Shown: piece by piece, positions 22,411 through 33,893 of the stretch
Layout of the letters: every line of letters begins with the position of its first letter
How positions within the stretch are numbered: the stretch's first letter is position 1
Origin: an uncultured Acidobacteriota bacterium
Lineage (GTDB): Bacteria; Acidobacteriota; Vicinamibacteria; Vicinamibacterales; UBA2999
Length of the DNA stretch: 64,000 nucleotides
Direction of reading: 5' to 3'
Assembly (NCBI GenBank): GCA_963814395.1
Contig: CAWFCS010000013.1
Span: 860,799-924,798, forward strand
Notes under the pieces: model-generated
Database searches by the model: none
Told to the model about the DNA's origin: nothing
What the model saw: only the letters and a program-made list of their open reading frames with translations
Translations under genes and position numbers: made by a program

Positions 22411-24009
22411 CTACTGACCGAGCGTGGGCTGGTATTCCGGCGCGCGCCGCGCCTTCGTCTTCTGCTCGAACGCGTAGCCGAACGCCAGCAACTCGCCCTC
22501 GGTGTAGGCACGTCCCATGAAGGCCAGGCCCAAGGGCAATCCGTGCGTGTCGCCCATCGGTACGGTGAGGCTGGGCGTGCCAGCCACCGCCGCCATGCCG
22601 TAGCCCGCACCCACGAAGTGATCGCCCAGCACGTGATCGGTCGGCCAGGTGGGCGCCATGCTGGGCGCGATCAGCGCATCGAGCTTCTGGGCGTCGAGTG
22701 CCGCCAGCAGGCCATCGCGGCCCGCCAGCGTCCTGGCGGCGGCCTTGGCCTTCACATACGCGGCATCGGTGAGTGGGCCTTTCGCCTGCGCCTGCTCGAA
22801 GATCTCCTGACCGAAGAACGGCATCGCCGTGGCCGCATTCGCCGCGTTCCAGGCGATCAACGCCGCGAGCGACGCGTGCGGCGAGCCGCTCTGCTTCAGG
22901 TAGGCATTCAGCCCGTCCTTGAATTCGTAGAGCAGCACCTGGAATTCCGCGTCGTTCCAGTCGTTGTAGGTGCGCACGCGCACATCGACCACCGTGGCAC
23001 CGGCCGCCTTCAGCGTGGCGATGGCCGCTGCCATCGCCGCGTCCACGCCAGGGTGGTAGCCCATGGCCTGGCGCAGCACGCCGAAGCGCTTGCCGGAGAG
23101 GGCGTCGGCCTTCAGCAGCGCGGTGTAGTCCGTGGCAATCTTGCCGGTCGCCGCGGCACCCGACGGATCCGCCGCGTCCACGCCGGCCATGGCGGTCAGC
23201 AGCATCGCCGCGTCGGTGACCGACCGGGTCATCGGCCCGGCCGTGTCCTGCGAGACCGAAATGGGAATGATGCCGCTGCGGCTCACCAGGCCCACCGTGG
23301 GCTTCAGCCCCACAAGGCCGCTCACCGCCGCTGGACACAGAATGCTGCCGTCGGTCTCAGTGCCCACGCCTACCGCCGCCAGACTCGCGGCAATCGAGGT
23401 GCCCGTGCCGGCGCTCGACCCGCACGGATTACGGTCGAGCACGTAGGCATGTTTCGTCTGGCCGCCGCGTGAGCTCCAACCCGAGCTCGACCTGGTCGAG
23501 CGGAAGTTCGCCCACTCGCTCAGGTTCGTCTTGCCGAGAATCACCGCGCCGGCTGCGCGCAGACGGGCCACCATGAACGCGTCGGTCTTCGGACGGTTGT
23601 CGGCCAGCGCCAGCGATCCGGCCGAGTTCACCATCCCGACCGCGTCGATGTTGTCCTTGAGCAGCACCGGCATACCGTGCATCGGTCCGCGAACTTTCCC
23701 GGCCGCGCGCTCGGCGTCTTTCTGCGCGGCATCGGCCACGGCCGTGGGGTTCAGTTCGATGACCGAGTTCAGTGCCGGGCCGGCCTTGTCGATGGCGGCG
23801 ATGCGGGCCAGGTAGGCCTCGGTGAGCGCGCGCGAGGTGAGCGTGCCGGCGTCCATCCGCGCCCGCGCATCGGCCGCACTCAGTTCCACGACGTCGAGGG
23901 CGGGAGCCGCGGGCACCGGCGCCGCCTGCGGGGTGGTCTGGTCGGAGGCTGCGGTGCAGGCCACGGGCGAGAGGACGGCAAGCACGAGAGCGAAATGGCG
24001 GACGTTCAT
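22411..24009 (-). CDS. Amidase signature family enzyme (probable lipoprotein)
   Basis: LLKDNID, GKTNLSEWANFRS, CGSSAG, GTETDGSILCP; signal peptide with VAC. Confidence 0.95.
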   Translation of the reverse strand: MNVRHFALVLAVLSPVACTAASDQTTPQAAPVPAAPALDVVELSAADARARMDAGTLTSRALTEAYLARIAAIDKAGPALNSVIELNPTAVADAAQKDAERAAGKVRGPMHGMPVLLKDNIDAVGMVNSAGSLALADNRPKTDAFMVARLRAAGAVILGKTNLSEWANFRSTRSSSGWSSRGGQTKHAYVLDRNPCGSSAGTGTSIAASLAAVGVGTETDGSILCPAAVSGLVGLKPTVGLVSRSGIIPISVSQDTAGPMTRSVTDAAMLLTAMAGVDAADPSGAAATGKIATDYTALLKADALSGKRFGVLRQAMGYHPGVDAAMAAAIATLKAAGATVVDVRVRTYNDWNDAEFQVLLYEFKDGLNAYLKQSGSPHASLAALIAWNAANAATAMPFFGQEIFEQAQAKGPLTDAAYVKAKAAARTLAGRDGLLAALDAQKLDALIAPSMAPTWPTDHVLGDHFVGAGYGMAAVAGTPSLTVPMGDTHGLPLGLAFMGRAYTEGELLAFGYAFEQKTKARRAPEYQPTLGQ

Positions 24010-24109
24010 GTGGTCGACAGCTCCAGGAAGAAGACACGCCAGTGTATCGCTGGCGAGGCTGCGCCTCAGATCCGCGGGGCGGGCGCTGCCGTAAGATCGA
24101 TCCACGCCC

Positions 24110-25198
24110 GTGCCGTCATCGTCCGATCCGTTCGTCCCCCATCCGCTCCTCTCCGGCGGTCATCGCATGACGGTGGCCGCCTGGGCATGGCCGCGCCGGT
24201 TTGCGACACTGCCTGCGCCGGAGGCGAGATTGTTCCAGGTGGCACCGGAGACACAGGTGCTCGGCCATTGCCATTGGCAGGCCGACCGCCGGGCGCGACT
24301 CACCGTGATCTGCCTGCATGGGCTCGAGGGCTCCAGTGACGGCCACTACATGCGCGGGATGGCCGCCAAGGCGTGGGCCCGCGGCTTCAACGTCGTGCGC
24401 CTCAACCAGCGCAACTGCGGCGGCACCGAGCACCTCGCACGCGGCCTGTACCACTCGGGCCTCACCGCCGATCCGCTGGCGGTGATGCAGGCGCTCGCGG
24501 CCGAGGATGCCCTGCCGCGCTTCGCCTTTGCCGGCTACTCGCTCGGCGGCAACATCGCGCTGAAGCTCGCCGGCGAGCTGGCGCCCACCGACGCGGCGCG
24601 GGTCGTGGCCGTCACGGCCGTGTCACCGCCGATCGAACTGGCGCAGTGCGTGGACGCGCTCGAGCGGCCGGCCAATGTGGCCTACCACTGGAACTTCCTG
24701 TTCGGACTGCGCGCCCGGATGAAGCGCAAGGCGCGGCTCTACCCCGAAACCTACGACCCGGCGGCGCTGGCGCGGGTGCGGAGCGTGCGCGACTTCGACG
24801 ACGCCTACACCGCGCCGCACAACGGCTTTGCCGGCGCCGCCGACTACTACCATCGCGCCAGCGCGCGGCGCGTGCTGCACCAGCTCGCGGTGCCGGCGCT
24901 GCTCATCACGGCCGACGACGATCCGTTCGTGCCGCCCGACGCGGCCCGCGACCCAGCGCTCGACGCATTGCCGCGGCTCACGCGCGTGGTCACGCCGCAC
25001 GGCGGGCACTGCGGGTTCATCGGCCGGTCGAGCGGCGCCGACGACGGCTATTGGGCGGAACACCGGGTGATGGACTTCATCGCCGCGGCGGACGCGCCGC
25101 GCGCTGACGGCGCGCGGCCCGGTCAGCCCTGCGCGAGCAGTTCGATCATGCGCTGGCCGAAGGCCGCGCCCTTGCCGGCGTCTTCGTGCTTGAAGTAG
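24110..25198 (+). CDS. YheT-family alpha/beta hydrolase
   Basis: LHGLEGSS..HY, GYSLGGN nucleophile, DDPFVP, GGHCGF; 3' end overlaps the DUF72 gene and may be frameshifted. Confidence 0.92.
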   Translation: MPSSSDPFVPHPLLSGGHRMTVAAWAWPRRFATLPAPEARLFQVAPETQVLGHCHWQADRRARLTVICLHGLEGSSDGHYMRGMAAKAWARGFNVVRLNQRNCGGTEHLARGLYHSGLTADPLAVMQALAAEDALPRFAFAGYSLGGNIALKLAGELAPTDAARVVAVTAVSPPIELAQCVDALERPANVAYHWNFLFGLRARMKRKARLYPETYDPAALARVRSVRDFDDAYTAPHNGFAGAADYYHRASARRVLHQLAVPALLITADDDPFVPPDAARDPALDALPRLTRVVTPHGGHCGFIGRSSGADDGYWAEHRVMDFIAAADAPRADGARPGQPCASSSIMRWPKAAPLPASSCLK

Positions 25199-25828
25199 AC
25201 GAACACGTCGCGGCAGCGCGTGGACAGGTCCTGCGCCAGCGCCGTCCACCTGCGGATCGCCTCGTCGTCGTAGCCTTCGTCGCGCAGCCGCAGGTACGCG
25301 AAGTCGGCCGTGGCCACGACCGGCACCGAGCGCTCCTCGGTGTCGGCCACGCACAGCGCGAAGTTGCGGGCGCGCAGCCGGGCGTAGACCTCCTCGTCGA
25401 GCCACGAGTCGTGGCGGAACTCGAAGGCGGCTGGCACGCCGTCGGGCACGGTGGCCAGGAAGGCGTCGAAGCGCGCGAGGTCGCACTTGAGGTTGGGCGG
25501 GGTCTGGAACAGCAGGGCGCCGAGCTGCGGGACCGAGCTCACGCGCGGTCTGCACGAAGAACTGCACCGAGTCGCCCACGTCTTTCAGGCGCTTGTCGTG
25601 CGTGATGCGGCGATTGGCTTTGAGGGTGAAGCGGAAGGTCGGCGGCACCTGACCGGCCCAGCCCGCCACGATCTTGGGCGTGGGCATGCGGTAGAACGTC
25701 GCGTTGATTTCAACCGAAGGAAAACGTTCGGCGTAGAAGGGCAGCATCTTCGCCGCAGACAGATCCTGCGGATAGAAACTGCCCTTCCACTCCGGATAGT
25801 TATAGCCGGACGTGCCGACGAGGATCAC
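25123..25828 (-). CDS. DUF72 (YecE-like) protein, frameshifted near 25535
   Basis: VGTSGYNYPEWKGSFYP, VEINATFYR, LFQTPP, FEFRHDSW, YLRLR, YFKHE. Confidence 0.93.
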
Positions 25829-25854
25829 GAGCGTCCTCGCACGCTCGCCCGGAC

Positions 25855-26214
25855 CTACCAGCGCGGTTCGCGCCGGCCGCCGCCGCCACCGCCGCCACGG
25901 CTGCTGCCGCCGCCGCCGCGGCCCATGCCACCGCCGCCGCCCCCGCCGAAGCCGCCGCCACCGCTGGGCTTCGGACGAGCCTCGTTCACGACGAGCGCGC
26001 GACCGTCCATCTGGAACTCGTGGAGTTCGTCGATGGCCTTCTGTGCCCCTTCGTCGGTCGCCATTTCGACGAACGCGAAGCCACGCGCCCGGCCCGTGGC
26101 CTGGTCGCGCATCACGTGCACGTTGGCGACATCGCCGGCGCGACCGAACAGCTCGGTCAGGTCTTCGTCGGTTGCACTGTAGGGAAGATTGCCTACGTAG
26201 AGTCTACGGCCCAT
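25855..26214 (-). CDS. RRM RNA-binding protein with Gly-rich tail
   Basis: RNP2 LYVGNL, RNP1 RGFAFVEM, VNEARP, GGGG-R tail. Confidence 0.96.
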   Translation of the reverse strand: MGRRLYVGNLPYSATDEDLTELFGRAGDVANVHVMRDQATGRARGFAFVEMATDEGAQKAIDELHEFQMDGRALVVNEARPKPSGGGGFGGGGGGGMGRGGGGSSRGGGGGGGRREPRW

Positions 26215-26441
26215 CGGTCACTCGCTCCTGCCGCGCTTCGGTCGATCAGCCCGACGCGCGCGACACGCCGGTGCTTCCCCGCGACCAGCTCACCAAGCAG
26301 GACGGAGGAAACGAAGTCTCACCGACCGGCACGAGCAGAGCTCCCTCAGGGACGTTAAAGTGCGCGAAGTATAGCAGACCCGGTGTCAAGCGGGCGGGCG
26401 GATGCCCAGGAGGCGTCGGCCCTCGTGGTACATTCCCAGCC

Positions 26442-27316
26442 ATGCGTCGCCTGGCCATCCTCATGCCGGCTCTGGCCATGCTGGCGTCGTGCGCGCCGGC
26501 AGCGGCTCCCGCCCAAGGCCGACCGGTATCCCATCGCCGGCCAGCTGCTGGGCGTGCAGCTCGACACCGGGCAGGTGGTGCTGAAGCACGGCGAGGTCGT
26601 CGGCTACATGGCCGCCATGACCATGCCCTTCCCCGTGGACGACCGCACGCGTCTTGCGGGAACGGCGCCCAGGCGACATCGTGACGGCCACCCTGGTCGT
26701 GGAACCGAGCCGCTACTACCTCGAAGGCCTGCAGTTCGAGGGCACGGCGCCCCTGCCGGCGGCCGCCACCGCCCGGCCCGTGGCCGAGGGCGTGCACATC
26801 CTCGCCCCCGGGGATCCGGTGCCGGCCACCCCCTGACCGACCAGACCGGAGCGGCCGTCAGCCTCACCAGCTGGACCGGGCAGCGCCGGGGTGGTCACGT
26901 TCATCTACACGCGCTGCCCCTTGCCCGATTTCTGCCCGCTCATGGATGCGCGCTTCGCCGAGATCCAGAAGGCGGCGGCCGCTGACCCAGCGCTGGCTGG
27001 CCGGGTGCAGTTGCTGTCGGTCAGCTTCGATCCCGCCGTCGACACGCCGGCCGTGCTCGCCGCGCATGCCGCGCGCGTGGGCGCGGGTCGGGCGTGGCGT
27101 TTCGCCACCGCGCCGGAGGCAGTGGTCGACCGCTTTGCCGCCGAGTTCGGCGTGAACGTGATTCGTGAAGCCGACACGACCATCACCCACAACCTGCGCA
27201 CCGTGGTCGTCGGTCCCGACGGCCGCGTGGCCGCGGCGTATTCGGGCAACGACTGGACCGCCCAGGCGCTGATGGCCGACCTGCGGCGCGCCCTCACCGC
27301 GGCCCCGCCGCGATGA
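26442..27316 (+). CDS. CusF-like copper-binding domain fused to SCO1/SenC domain, frameshifted
   Basis: H.EV.GYMAAMTMPF (CusF-like), FIYTRCPLPDFCP (CxxxxxC variant), THNLRT. Confidence 0.88.
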
Positions 27317-27329
27317 CGCGAGGCCGAGG

Positions 27330-28128
27330 ATGAGGGCGATGGTTCCCGCCGCGCCGCAGACGCTGCGCGCCGCGCTCGCCCCGGTCAGCGATCCTCCGTC
27401 GCGGGATCGCTTCACCCCGCGCCGAACGCGCGCTGGTCGACGCGCTTGCGCACGCCGGCGGCCGTGCAGGCGTGGCTGAACGCGCTGCCCTACAACGCCG
27501 AAACCGGCGGCGAGACTCTGCGCACCTTCCGCGGCGTGGTCGCACGCGGTACGGCCCACTGCCTCGAGGCGGCGCTCTTTGCCGCCGTGACGCTCGAGCA
27601 GCACGGCTATTGCGCCGCTGCTGATGAGCCTCGAGTCGGTCGACCGGCTCGACCACGTGATCTTCGTCTACCGGGGCCCAGGCGGCTGGGGGTCGATTGC
27701 CCGCTCGCGCGACCCCGGCCTGCACGGCCGGCGGCCGGTCTTTGCCACGCCGCGCGCCCTCGCACTGAGCTACGTCGATCCCTACGTGGACTACACCGGA
27801 CGCGTGCGCGGCTACGCGGTGGCGCATCTGGCCGCCATGCGCCGCTACGACTGGCGCTTCGCCACCGGCAACGTGTGGGCCGTGGAGCAACTGCTCATCG
27901 ACTGGCCGCATCACCGCATCCGCACCTCGCAACGCGCGCCACCGGCGACTGAAGCGCCGCTATCTCGCCTACCGCAAGGCGCACGGCACCAAGCCGCTCT
28001 ACTATCGGGGCCGCGATCGCTGGATGCCGCTGCCGGCGGAGTTCCGCGCCTGCTCGCCGATAGCCCCGAGCGACGGGGCGACAGTCTCGCCGAAGCCGCC
28101 ACTTATCCGCGGCGAAGGCGGAAACTAA
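27330..28128 (+). CDS. Hypothetical protein, transglutaminase/papain-like Cys-His motif, frameshifted
   Basis: TPAAVQAWLNALPYN, AHCLEAAL, LDHVIFVY, SRDPGLHGR; ends approximate. Confidence 0.65.
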
Positions 28129-28427
28129 TCGAGGTCGAAGCCGCGCAGCGGTTTCGTGACCGGCTCCTGCTTGGCCTTCTCGAGCGCCTCCTCGAAACGG
28201 CGCGACAGCGCGTCGTCGCGTCCCCGCTCGGTGTGCACCGACTGCTCGAAGATGGCCTCGCGGCGCCGCTCCTGCTCCTGCAGCACCCGCTGCGCGTTGT
28301 CGAGGGCGGGCGCATGCGGCGAGGCGGGTTCCTGGTGCGACACGACCCGGCCCAGATTGAGGTCGACGACCAGCGTCGACCCGCAGCACGGGCAGGTGAC
28401 TTCACGTTCGCTCTGCAGCATCGCCAT
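28125..28427 (-). CDS. Small CPCC zinc-ribbon-like / coiled-coil hypothetical protein
   Basis: GGAGG RBS; EVTCPCCGSTLVVD...RRFEEAL..AK..P..KP.R.FDLD. Confidence 0.8.
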   Translation of the reverse strand: MAMLQSEREVTCPCCGSTLVVDLNLGRVVSHQEPASPHAPALDNAQRVLQEQERRREAIFEQSVHTERGRDDALSRRFEEALEKAKQEPVTKPLRGFDLD

Positions 28428-28493
28428 CGCGCCTCCGGACCTGGGGACACCTGCCGTGGGCCCCGTTCGTGCAAGAGTAGTGGGTGACACCAG

Positions 28494-29234
28494 ATGCCGC
28501 AAGATGATCCCCGCCGCACGCGTAGCGTGCGGGTCGCGACCTACAACGTGCACCGGTGCCGCGGCATGGACGCGCGCACGCAGCCCCAGCGCATCGCCTC
28601 GGTGCTCGCCACGCTCGACGCCGACGTGATTGCCCTGCAGGAAGTGGTGGGGGCCAGCCAGCGGCGCCCGGGCCAGGCGGCCGAGCTGGGCGCGGCGCTG
28701 GGCATGGGCTGGGTGATGGCGCCGACCCGCCACCTGCGCGGCGCCCTCTTCGGCAACGTCGTGCTCACCCGCCTGCCGGTGCGCCAACACGAGCAGCACG
28801 ACCTGTCGTGGAAGACATGCGAGCCGCGCGGCGCACAGCGCGTCGACGTCGCCCTCGACGACGACCACCTGCTGCACATCTACAACGTGCACCTCGGCAC
28901 GTCGCTCGGCGAGCGGCGGGTGCAGGCGGGCATGCTCGCGGACCTGGTGCACGCGCGGCGGCCGCACGGACCCAGCGTGGTGCTCGGCGACTTCAACGAG
29001 TGGGCCCGCGGCCTCACCGCCGACATCCTGTCGGCGCGGCTCGAGAGCGTGGACCTGACCAAGTACCTCACGCGGAAGCGCACCTACCCCGGGTGGTTTC
29101 CACTCTTCCATCTCGACCACATCTACTACCGGGGCCGGGTCGAGGTGACGCACGTGGAGCTGGTGCGCACGCGCCAGGCGCTGATGGCCTCCGACCACCT
29201 GCCGCTCGTGGCCGACTTGAAGGTGTCGTTCTAG
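28494..29234 (+). CDS. Endonuclease/exonuclease/phosphatase family protein
   Basis: ATYNVH, IALQEV, NVHLG, GDFNEW, LDHIY, ASDHLP. Confidence 0.95.
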   Translation: MPQDDPRRTRSVRVATYNVHRCRGMDARTQPQRIASVLATLDADVIALQEVVGASQRRPGQAAELGAALGMGWVMAPTRHLRGALFGNVVLTRLPVRQHEQHDLSWKTCEPRGAQRVDVALDDDHLLHIYNVHLGTSLGERRVQAGMLADLVHARRPHGPSVVLGDFNEWARGLTADILSARLESVDLTKYLTRKRTYPGWFPLFHLDHIYYRGRVEVTHVELVRTRQALMASDHLPLVADLKVSF

Positions 29235-29255
29235 TCGGCGCCGACGGCCCTGCCC

Positions 29256-30532
29256 TCAGCGCAGCTCCTCGCCGGTGCGCGCCAGCATCACGTGCATCAG
29301 CCCCAGGTTGCGCGTGCGAAAGCCCGCTTCGCAGCTGGCGAAGTAGTACTCCCAGGTGCGGATGAACCGCTCGTCGAAGCCCATCTGCCGCACCTCGTCG
29401 AGGCGGGCCATGAAGCGCGTGCGCCAGGCCTGCAGGGTGCGCGCGTAGTCGAGCGGACGGTCCTCCACGCCCGTGACGGTCAGCCCGGTGTGCGCGGCGC
29501 TGACCGCGCAGATCTCGCGCAGGCACGGCAGCAGGCCGCCGGGAAAGATGTGCTTCTGAATCCAATCCGATCGCCGCACATAGCCATCGAAGCGGCCGTC
29601 GGGCATGGTGATGGCCTGCAGACCCACCCGTCCGCCCGGCGCCAGCGCGCGGTCCACGGCGCGGAAGAAGTCGGGCCAGAACTCGCGGCCCACGGCCTCG
29701 ATCATCTCCACCGACACGATCCGCGTGGTACTGCCCCTCGATGCGCCGGTAGTCGCGCAGCTCGATGTGCACCAGATGGGCGAGCCCGGCGGCAGCCACG
29801 CGGGCCGTGGCCATGGCGTGCTGCTCCTGCGACACCGTGATGCTCGTGACCCGGCACCCGTAGGTGCGCGCCAGATGGATGGCCAGCCCGCCCCACCCCG
29901 ATCCGATTTCGAGCACGTGATCCGAGGCGCGCGGCGCGAGCCGCTCGCCCCACTGCCGGAACTTCTCGAGCTGCGCCGCCTCGAGCGTGTCGCTCGGGCG
30001 AGCGGAACACGCCGCTCGAATAGGCCATCGTCGGGTCGAGGAAGAGCGAGAAGAACGCGTTGCCGAGGTCGTAGTGCGCGTAGATGTTGCGGCGGCTGCC
30101 GGCCGTGGTGTTCTTGCGCCGGCGATGGCGCCAGGTGTCGGCCAGGTTCGCCAGACCGGTGAACGGCGAGTCGAGCGAGGCATGCTGCTGGTTGCGGAAG
30201 GCGAGGTCGACGACCAGGGCCAGGTCATCGGCGCGCCAGTCGCCGTCGATGTAGGCGTCGCCCACGCCCAGGTCGCCGTGCAGCAGCACCCGGCGGAAGA
30301 AGCGGTCGTGGTCGATCCACACCGACGCATGCGGCTCGGCGCCGGGCTCGCCGAGCACCACCGACGCGCCGTCGGGCATCGTGACGGTGAGCCGGCCCTC
30401 GCGCCATCCGGCCAGGCCCTCGAGCACACGCGTGCGGGCGAGCGTGCCGAGGTGACGGTCGATCCAGCCAGCGGCCGGCGCTGAGGATGCGGGCACGGAG
30501 CGGTCGGCGCGGGCGCCGGGTGAGGCGAGCAT
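29256..30532 (-). CDS. cfa: Cyclopropane-fatty-acid synthase family SAM methyltransferase, frameshifted
   Basis: NIYAHYDLGNAFF.LFLD.TMAYSS, LEIGSGWGG, EMIEAVG, IQKHIFPGG, WEYYFASCEAGF. Confidence 0.93.
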
Positions 30533-30552
30533 GCGGTCTCCTGGGACGAACG

Positions 30553-31376
30553 TTACCGACGCGTGGCGCGGGCGCGCGCCGGGTCGTAGTCGGGCTTCGG
30601 GTGGTACGACAGGCCCTTGCGCCACAGGCGCAGGGCTTCCCAGTGGATGGCGATCATGACGCGCGCCGTCATGAAGGGAAAACGCGCGAGCGCGCCAGCC
30701 AGCGCGACGGTCGCTGAGGGGCTGCCGGGCCAACTGCAGCCGCGACACGAACACCGGCCGGCCCTCGCGATACAGGTCGATGCCGACATCGGCCGCGCCC
30801 TCGGCAAACGAGAGGGCGAAGCGGTAGGTGCCGTCCAGCGTGAAGAAGGGCGACACGTGGAACACCTTCTTGGCCTGCCAGCGGCCGGGCCCGTCGGCGC
30901 GCGCCGCCGGCAGCACATAGGCGTGCCGTTCACCGAAGGTGTTGTGCACGTCGGCGATCACCGCCACCGGCTCCGCCGGCGCCGTCATCCGCCGCGCCGT
31001 AGCAGAGGAAGAAGCTGACGGGATTGAAGACGTAGCCGAAGATGCGGCCGTGGGCCACGAGTTCGATACGGCCGATGCGGTCGCGCACGCCGTGGTCGAC
31101 GAGCGTGGTGAGCACCGCGGCACGCACGGCCGCGACCCGCTCTTCCGGGCTGCCAGCGGCACGCGGCACGGCCAGGCAATCGGCCGCGTCGAAGCGCACC
31201 GGCTTCCACCAGCGCATGCCGAACAACGTCAGTGCGCGATCGAGCCGCGGCACGTCGGCCAGATCGAAGCGCAGCATGAACAGCCGATAGGCGAAGGCAT
31301 GGGGACGCGGCACGAGCCGGCTGTGCGCCACCCGTCCCACCAGCACGCCGGCGCTGGTCGCGCTCGCGCTCACCAC
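30553..31376 (-). CDS. DUF1365 family protein, frameshifted
   Basis: G.V.H.R..P..HAF.Y, GYVFNPVSFF.C, V.NTFGERH.Y, KVFHVSPF, IHWEALRLWRKG. Confidence 0.93.
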
Positions 31377-32618
31377 GTCACCCCGAGCTGCGCGGCCACG
31401 AGGGCCGCCGAGCGCGCGCCGTCTTCGTGGAAACCGTAGCCGAGGTGGGCGCCGCAGAAGTAGGTGTGCCGCCCTCCACTGAGCGCGGCAAGCTGACGCT
31501 GCGCAGCCGCGGCGGGCCGGTCGAGGATGGGATGGGTGTAGCGCATCCGGGCATGCACGGAACGAGGTTCACTCGGATCGTTGAGCGTGCAGAGCATCGG
31601 CGCGACGCCATGGAGCCCCTGCAGGCGCGCCAGGTCGTAGGTGATCGACACCGGCGTGTCATCGGCGCGGCAGTCGGACATGCGCACGTTCCACGACGCG
31701 CGTGCGGCGGGCCGCTCGGGCAGATACGACGGGTCGCTGTGCAGCACGGTGGGATTCACCGAGTAACGGAAGGCCGCAAGCGCTTCACGTTCGCCGTCCG
31801 AGGCGTCGGTCAGCAGGGCCAGCGCCTCGTCGGCATGGGTGGCCATCACCACGGCATCGACCATCTGCGGCGACTCGCCCTCGGCCTCGATGCACGCGCC
31901 AGCCGCCGTGCGCGTGACGCGTCGCACCGGCCGGCCCGTGTGCACGTTGTCGCCGAGCGTGGCGGCGAGGCGCTGCACGTACGAGCGGCTGCCCCCGACC
32001 ACCGTGCGCCACACCGGCTGTCCGCTGGCCGCGAGCAGGCCGTGGTTGTCGAGGAACCGGAGGTACGACTCGGCTGGGAAGCCGCGCATGGCCGCCGACG
32101 ACGCCGACCAGATGGCGCCGCCCATGGGCAGCACGAAGTGACGCACGACCCGCTCGCCGAAGTGGTGCGCCGTCAGGAACTGACCCAGGGTCAACGCCGC
32201 CGCCGAGCCGTCGGCGAGCACCCGACGGCCGACGCGGAAGAACCGCAGCACCTCGGCCAGCATCGCGAGGTGCGCCACCGTGAACGTGCGGCGCGGCTCC
32301 GCGAACAGACCGCGCAGGCCGGCGCTCGAGTAGGCCACCTGGCACCGGTCACACCGCACACTGAAGGACATGTCGCTCGGCCGGCTCTCGACCTCGAGGG
32401 CGGTGAGCAGCGCGACGAACGTCGGGATAGGTGCGGGTGTTGAACACCATGAAGCCGGTGTCGACCGCCACCGTGCGCCCGTCCACCGTGACGTCGTGGG
32501 TATGCGCGTGGCCGCCCAGCCTCGGCTCGCGTTCATAGAGTCGCACCTGATGCCTGCGGGCCAGCAGCCACGCCGCCGTCAAGCCCGACACGCCTCCCCC
32601 GATCACGGCGATGTTCAC
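31370..32618 (-). CDS. FAD-dependent oxidoreductase (amine-oxidase fold, COG2907-like), frameshifted
   Basis: IAVIGGGVSGL, LGGHAHT, VDTGFMVFN..TYP, F..NHGLL, YTHP, GYGFHEDG. Confidence 0.93.
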
Positions 32619-32697
32619 GTCGCCGGAGATAACCCGCGACGCGGCGGGCTATTCCCGCCCGCACCACGGCGCCACTGGAGTACGCCATCATCGGGGG

Positions 32698-33507
32698 ATG
32701 ACGTTTCCGCCCATCGACCTCGTCCTCAGCCACCGCCTGGAACGCGCGGAGGCCGCCGCCAATGCCCGGTTCGTCGAAGCGCGAGCCGTGGTGTCGCCCG
32801 ACCGCGGCGCCTGCTGGCGGGACGTGCGCGGCACCTGGGCGATGTTCGACGGCGTCGGCTCACCCCTCACGCAGACCTTCTGCCTCGGGATGCGCGAGGC
32901 GGCCGACGCCGGCACGCTCGACACGCTCGAGGCGTTCTTCCTGGAGCGCGGCGCCGCGGTCGAGCATGAGGTGAGCCCGATGGCCCAGGGCGAGCCGCTG
33001 CCCCTGCTCTCGAGCCGCGGCTACGTGCCGATTGAACTCACGAGCGTGATGTTCCGCCCGCTCGAGGGCGGCTCGCCCATCGCGGCGCCGCTCGACGCCC
33101 GCGTCGTTTCCGCGCCCGAGGAAGGACCGGCCTGGGCCGACGCCAGCGCCGACGGCTGGAGCGAGTTTCCCGAGGTCGTGCCGTTCGTGCGCGAGATCGG
33201 CGCCGTCTACAGCCGCACGGCCGGCGCCCGGTGTTATGCGGTGGACGCCGAGGGCGTCATCGCCGCCACCGGCGCGCTCACCGAGCACGAGGGGGTGGCC
33301 GTGCTGGCCGGCGCCAGCACGCGTCCGGCCTTCAGGCGGCGGGGGGCACAACTGGCGCTGCTGGCCGCCCGGCTGCGCGACGCGCATGCCGCGGGGTGCG
33401 ACCTGGCGTTGATGTGCGCGCGTCCCGGCAGCGCCTCGCACCGCAACGCCGAACGTCACGGGTTCCGCGTGGCCTACACGCGCGTGAAGTGGCGACTCCG
33501 CCGGTGA
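32698..33507 (+). CDS. GNAT family acetyltransferase
   Basis: GASTRPAFRRRGAQ.ALL, S.SHRNAERHGF..AYTR. Confidence 0.88.
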   Translation: MTFPPIDLVLSHRLERAEAAANARFVEARAVVSPDRGACWRDVRGTWAMFDGVGSPLTQTFCLGMREAADAGTLDTLEAFFLERGAAVEHEVSPMAQGEPLPLLSSRGYVPIELTSVMFRPLEGGSPIAAPLDARVVSAPEEGPAWADASADGWSEFPEVVPFVREIGAVYSRTAGARCYAVDAEGVIAATGALTEHEGVAVLAGASTRPAFRRRGAQLALLAARLRDAHAAGCDLALMCARPGSASHRNAERHGFRVAYTRVKWRLRR

Positions 33508-33893
33508 CCGGCGCGGCGGCCCAGGCCTCGCGCTCGAAGACATTGTCGGCGTAGGGGTCGCCGCCGCGCACCCAGGCGGCGACACTGGCGGCCAGGTAGG
33601 CCGGCACGAAGAACGGGCCCCAGCGCTCGGCCTGCCGCACGTGCACGCGCTCGTGTGCGCGGGTGTCATCGAGCGCCGCCTGGTCGCGGCCGACCACCAC
33701 GTGTCCGAGCGCCATCGCCTGCACGGACAGGTGCGGCGCCACGGCGTCGAGCAGGCGCGCCATGCGCCGCGCCGTGGGCCTCGAGCACGCCGTCGACCAC
33801 CCGCAGCGAGGGCGCCGTCAGGGCGATCGCCGCGAGCCCGAGCAGCGACGTCGGTGCCGCCCACAGGTGGACCGGCCACGACCGCCACGTCAC
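33500..33893 (-). CDS. Hypothetical HExxH-containing protein, frameshifted; 3' end uncertain
   Basis: WAAPTSLLG, AMALGHVV, AHERVHVRQ.ERWGPFF.PAY, YADNVFEREA. Confidence 0.75.

Noticed and set aside
21218..23472. Long alternative-frame ORFs (e.g. 21218..23338, 21586..23472; likewise 59821..62205 and 60726..63203)
   Set aside because: Arg/Ala/Gly/Pro-rich shadow frames of real genes, expected at this GC content.
26368..26389. Canonical sigma70 promoter TTGACA/TATACT for the RRM gene
   Set aside because: Spacer is only 10 bp; at most an extended -10 (TGCTATACT).
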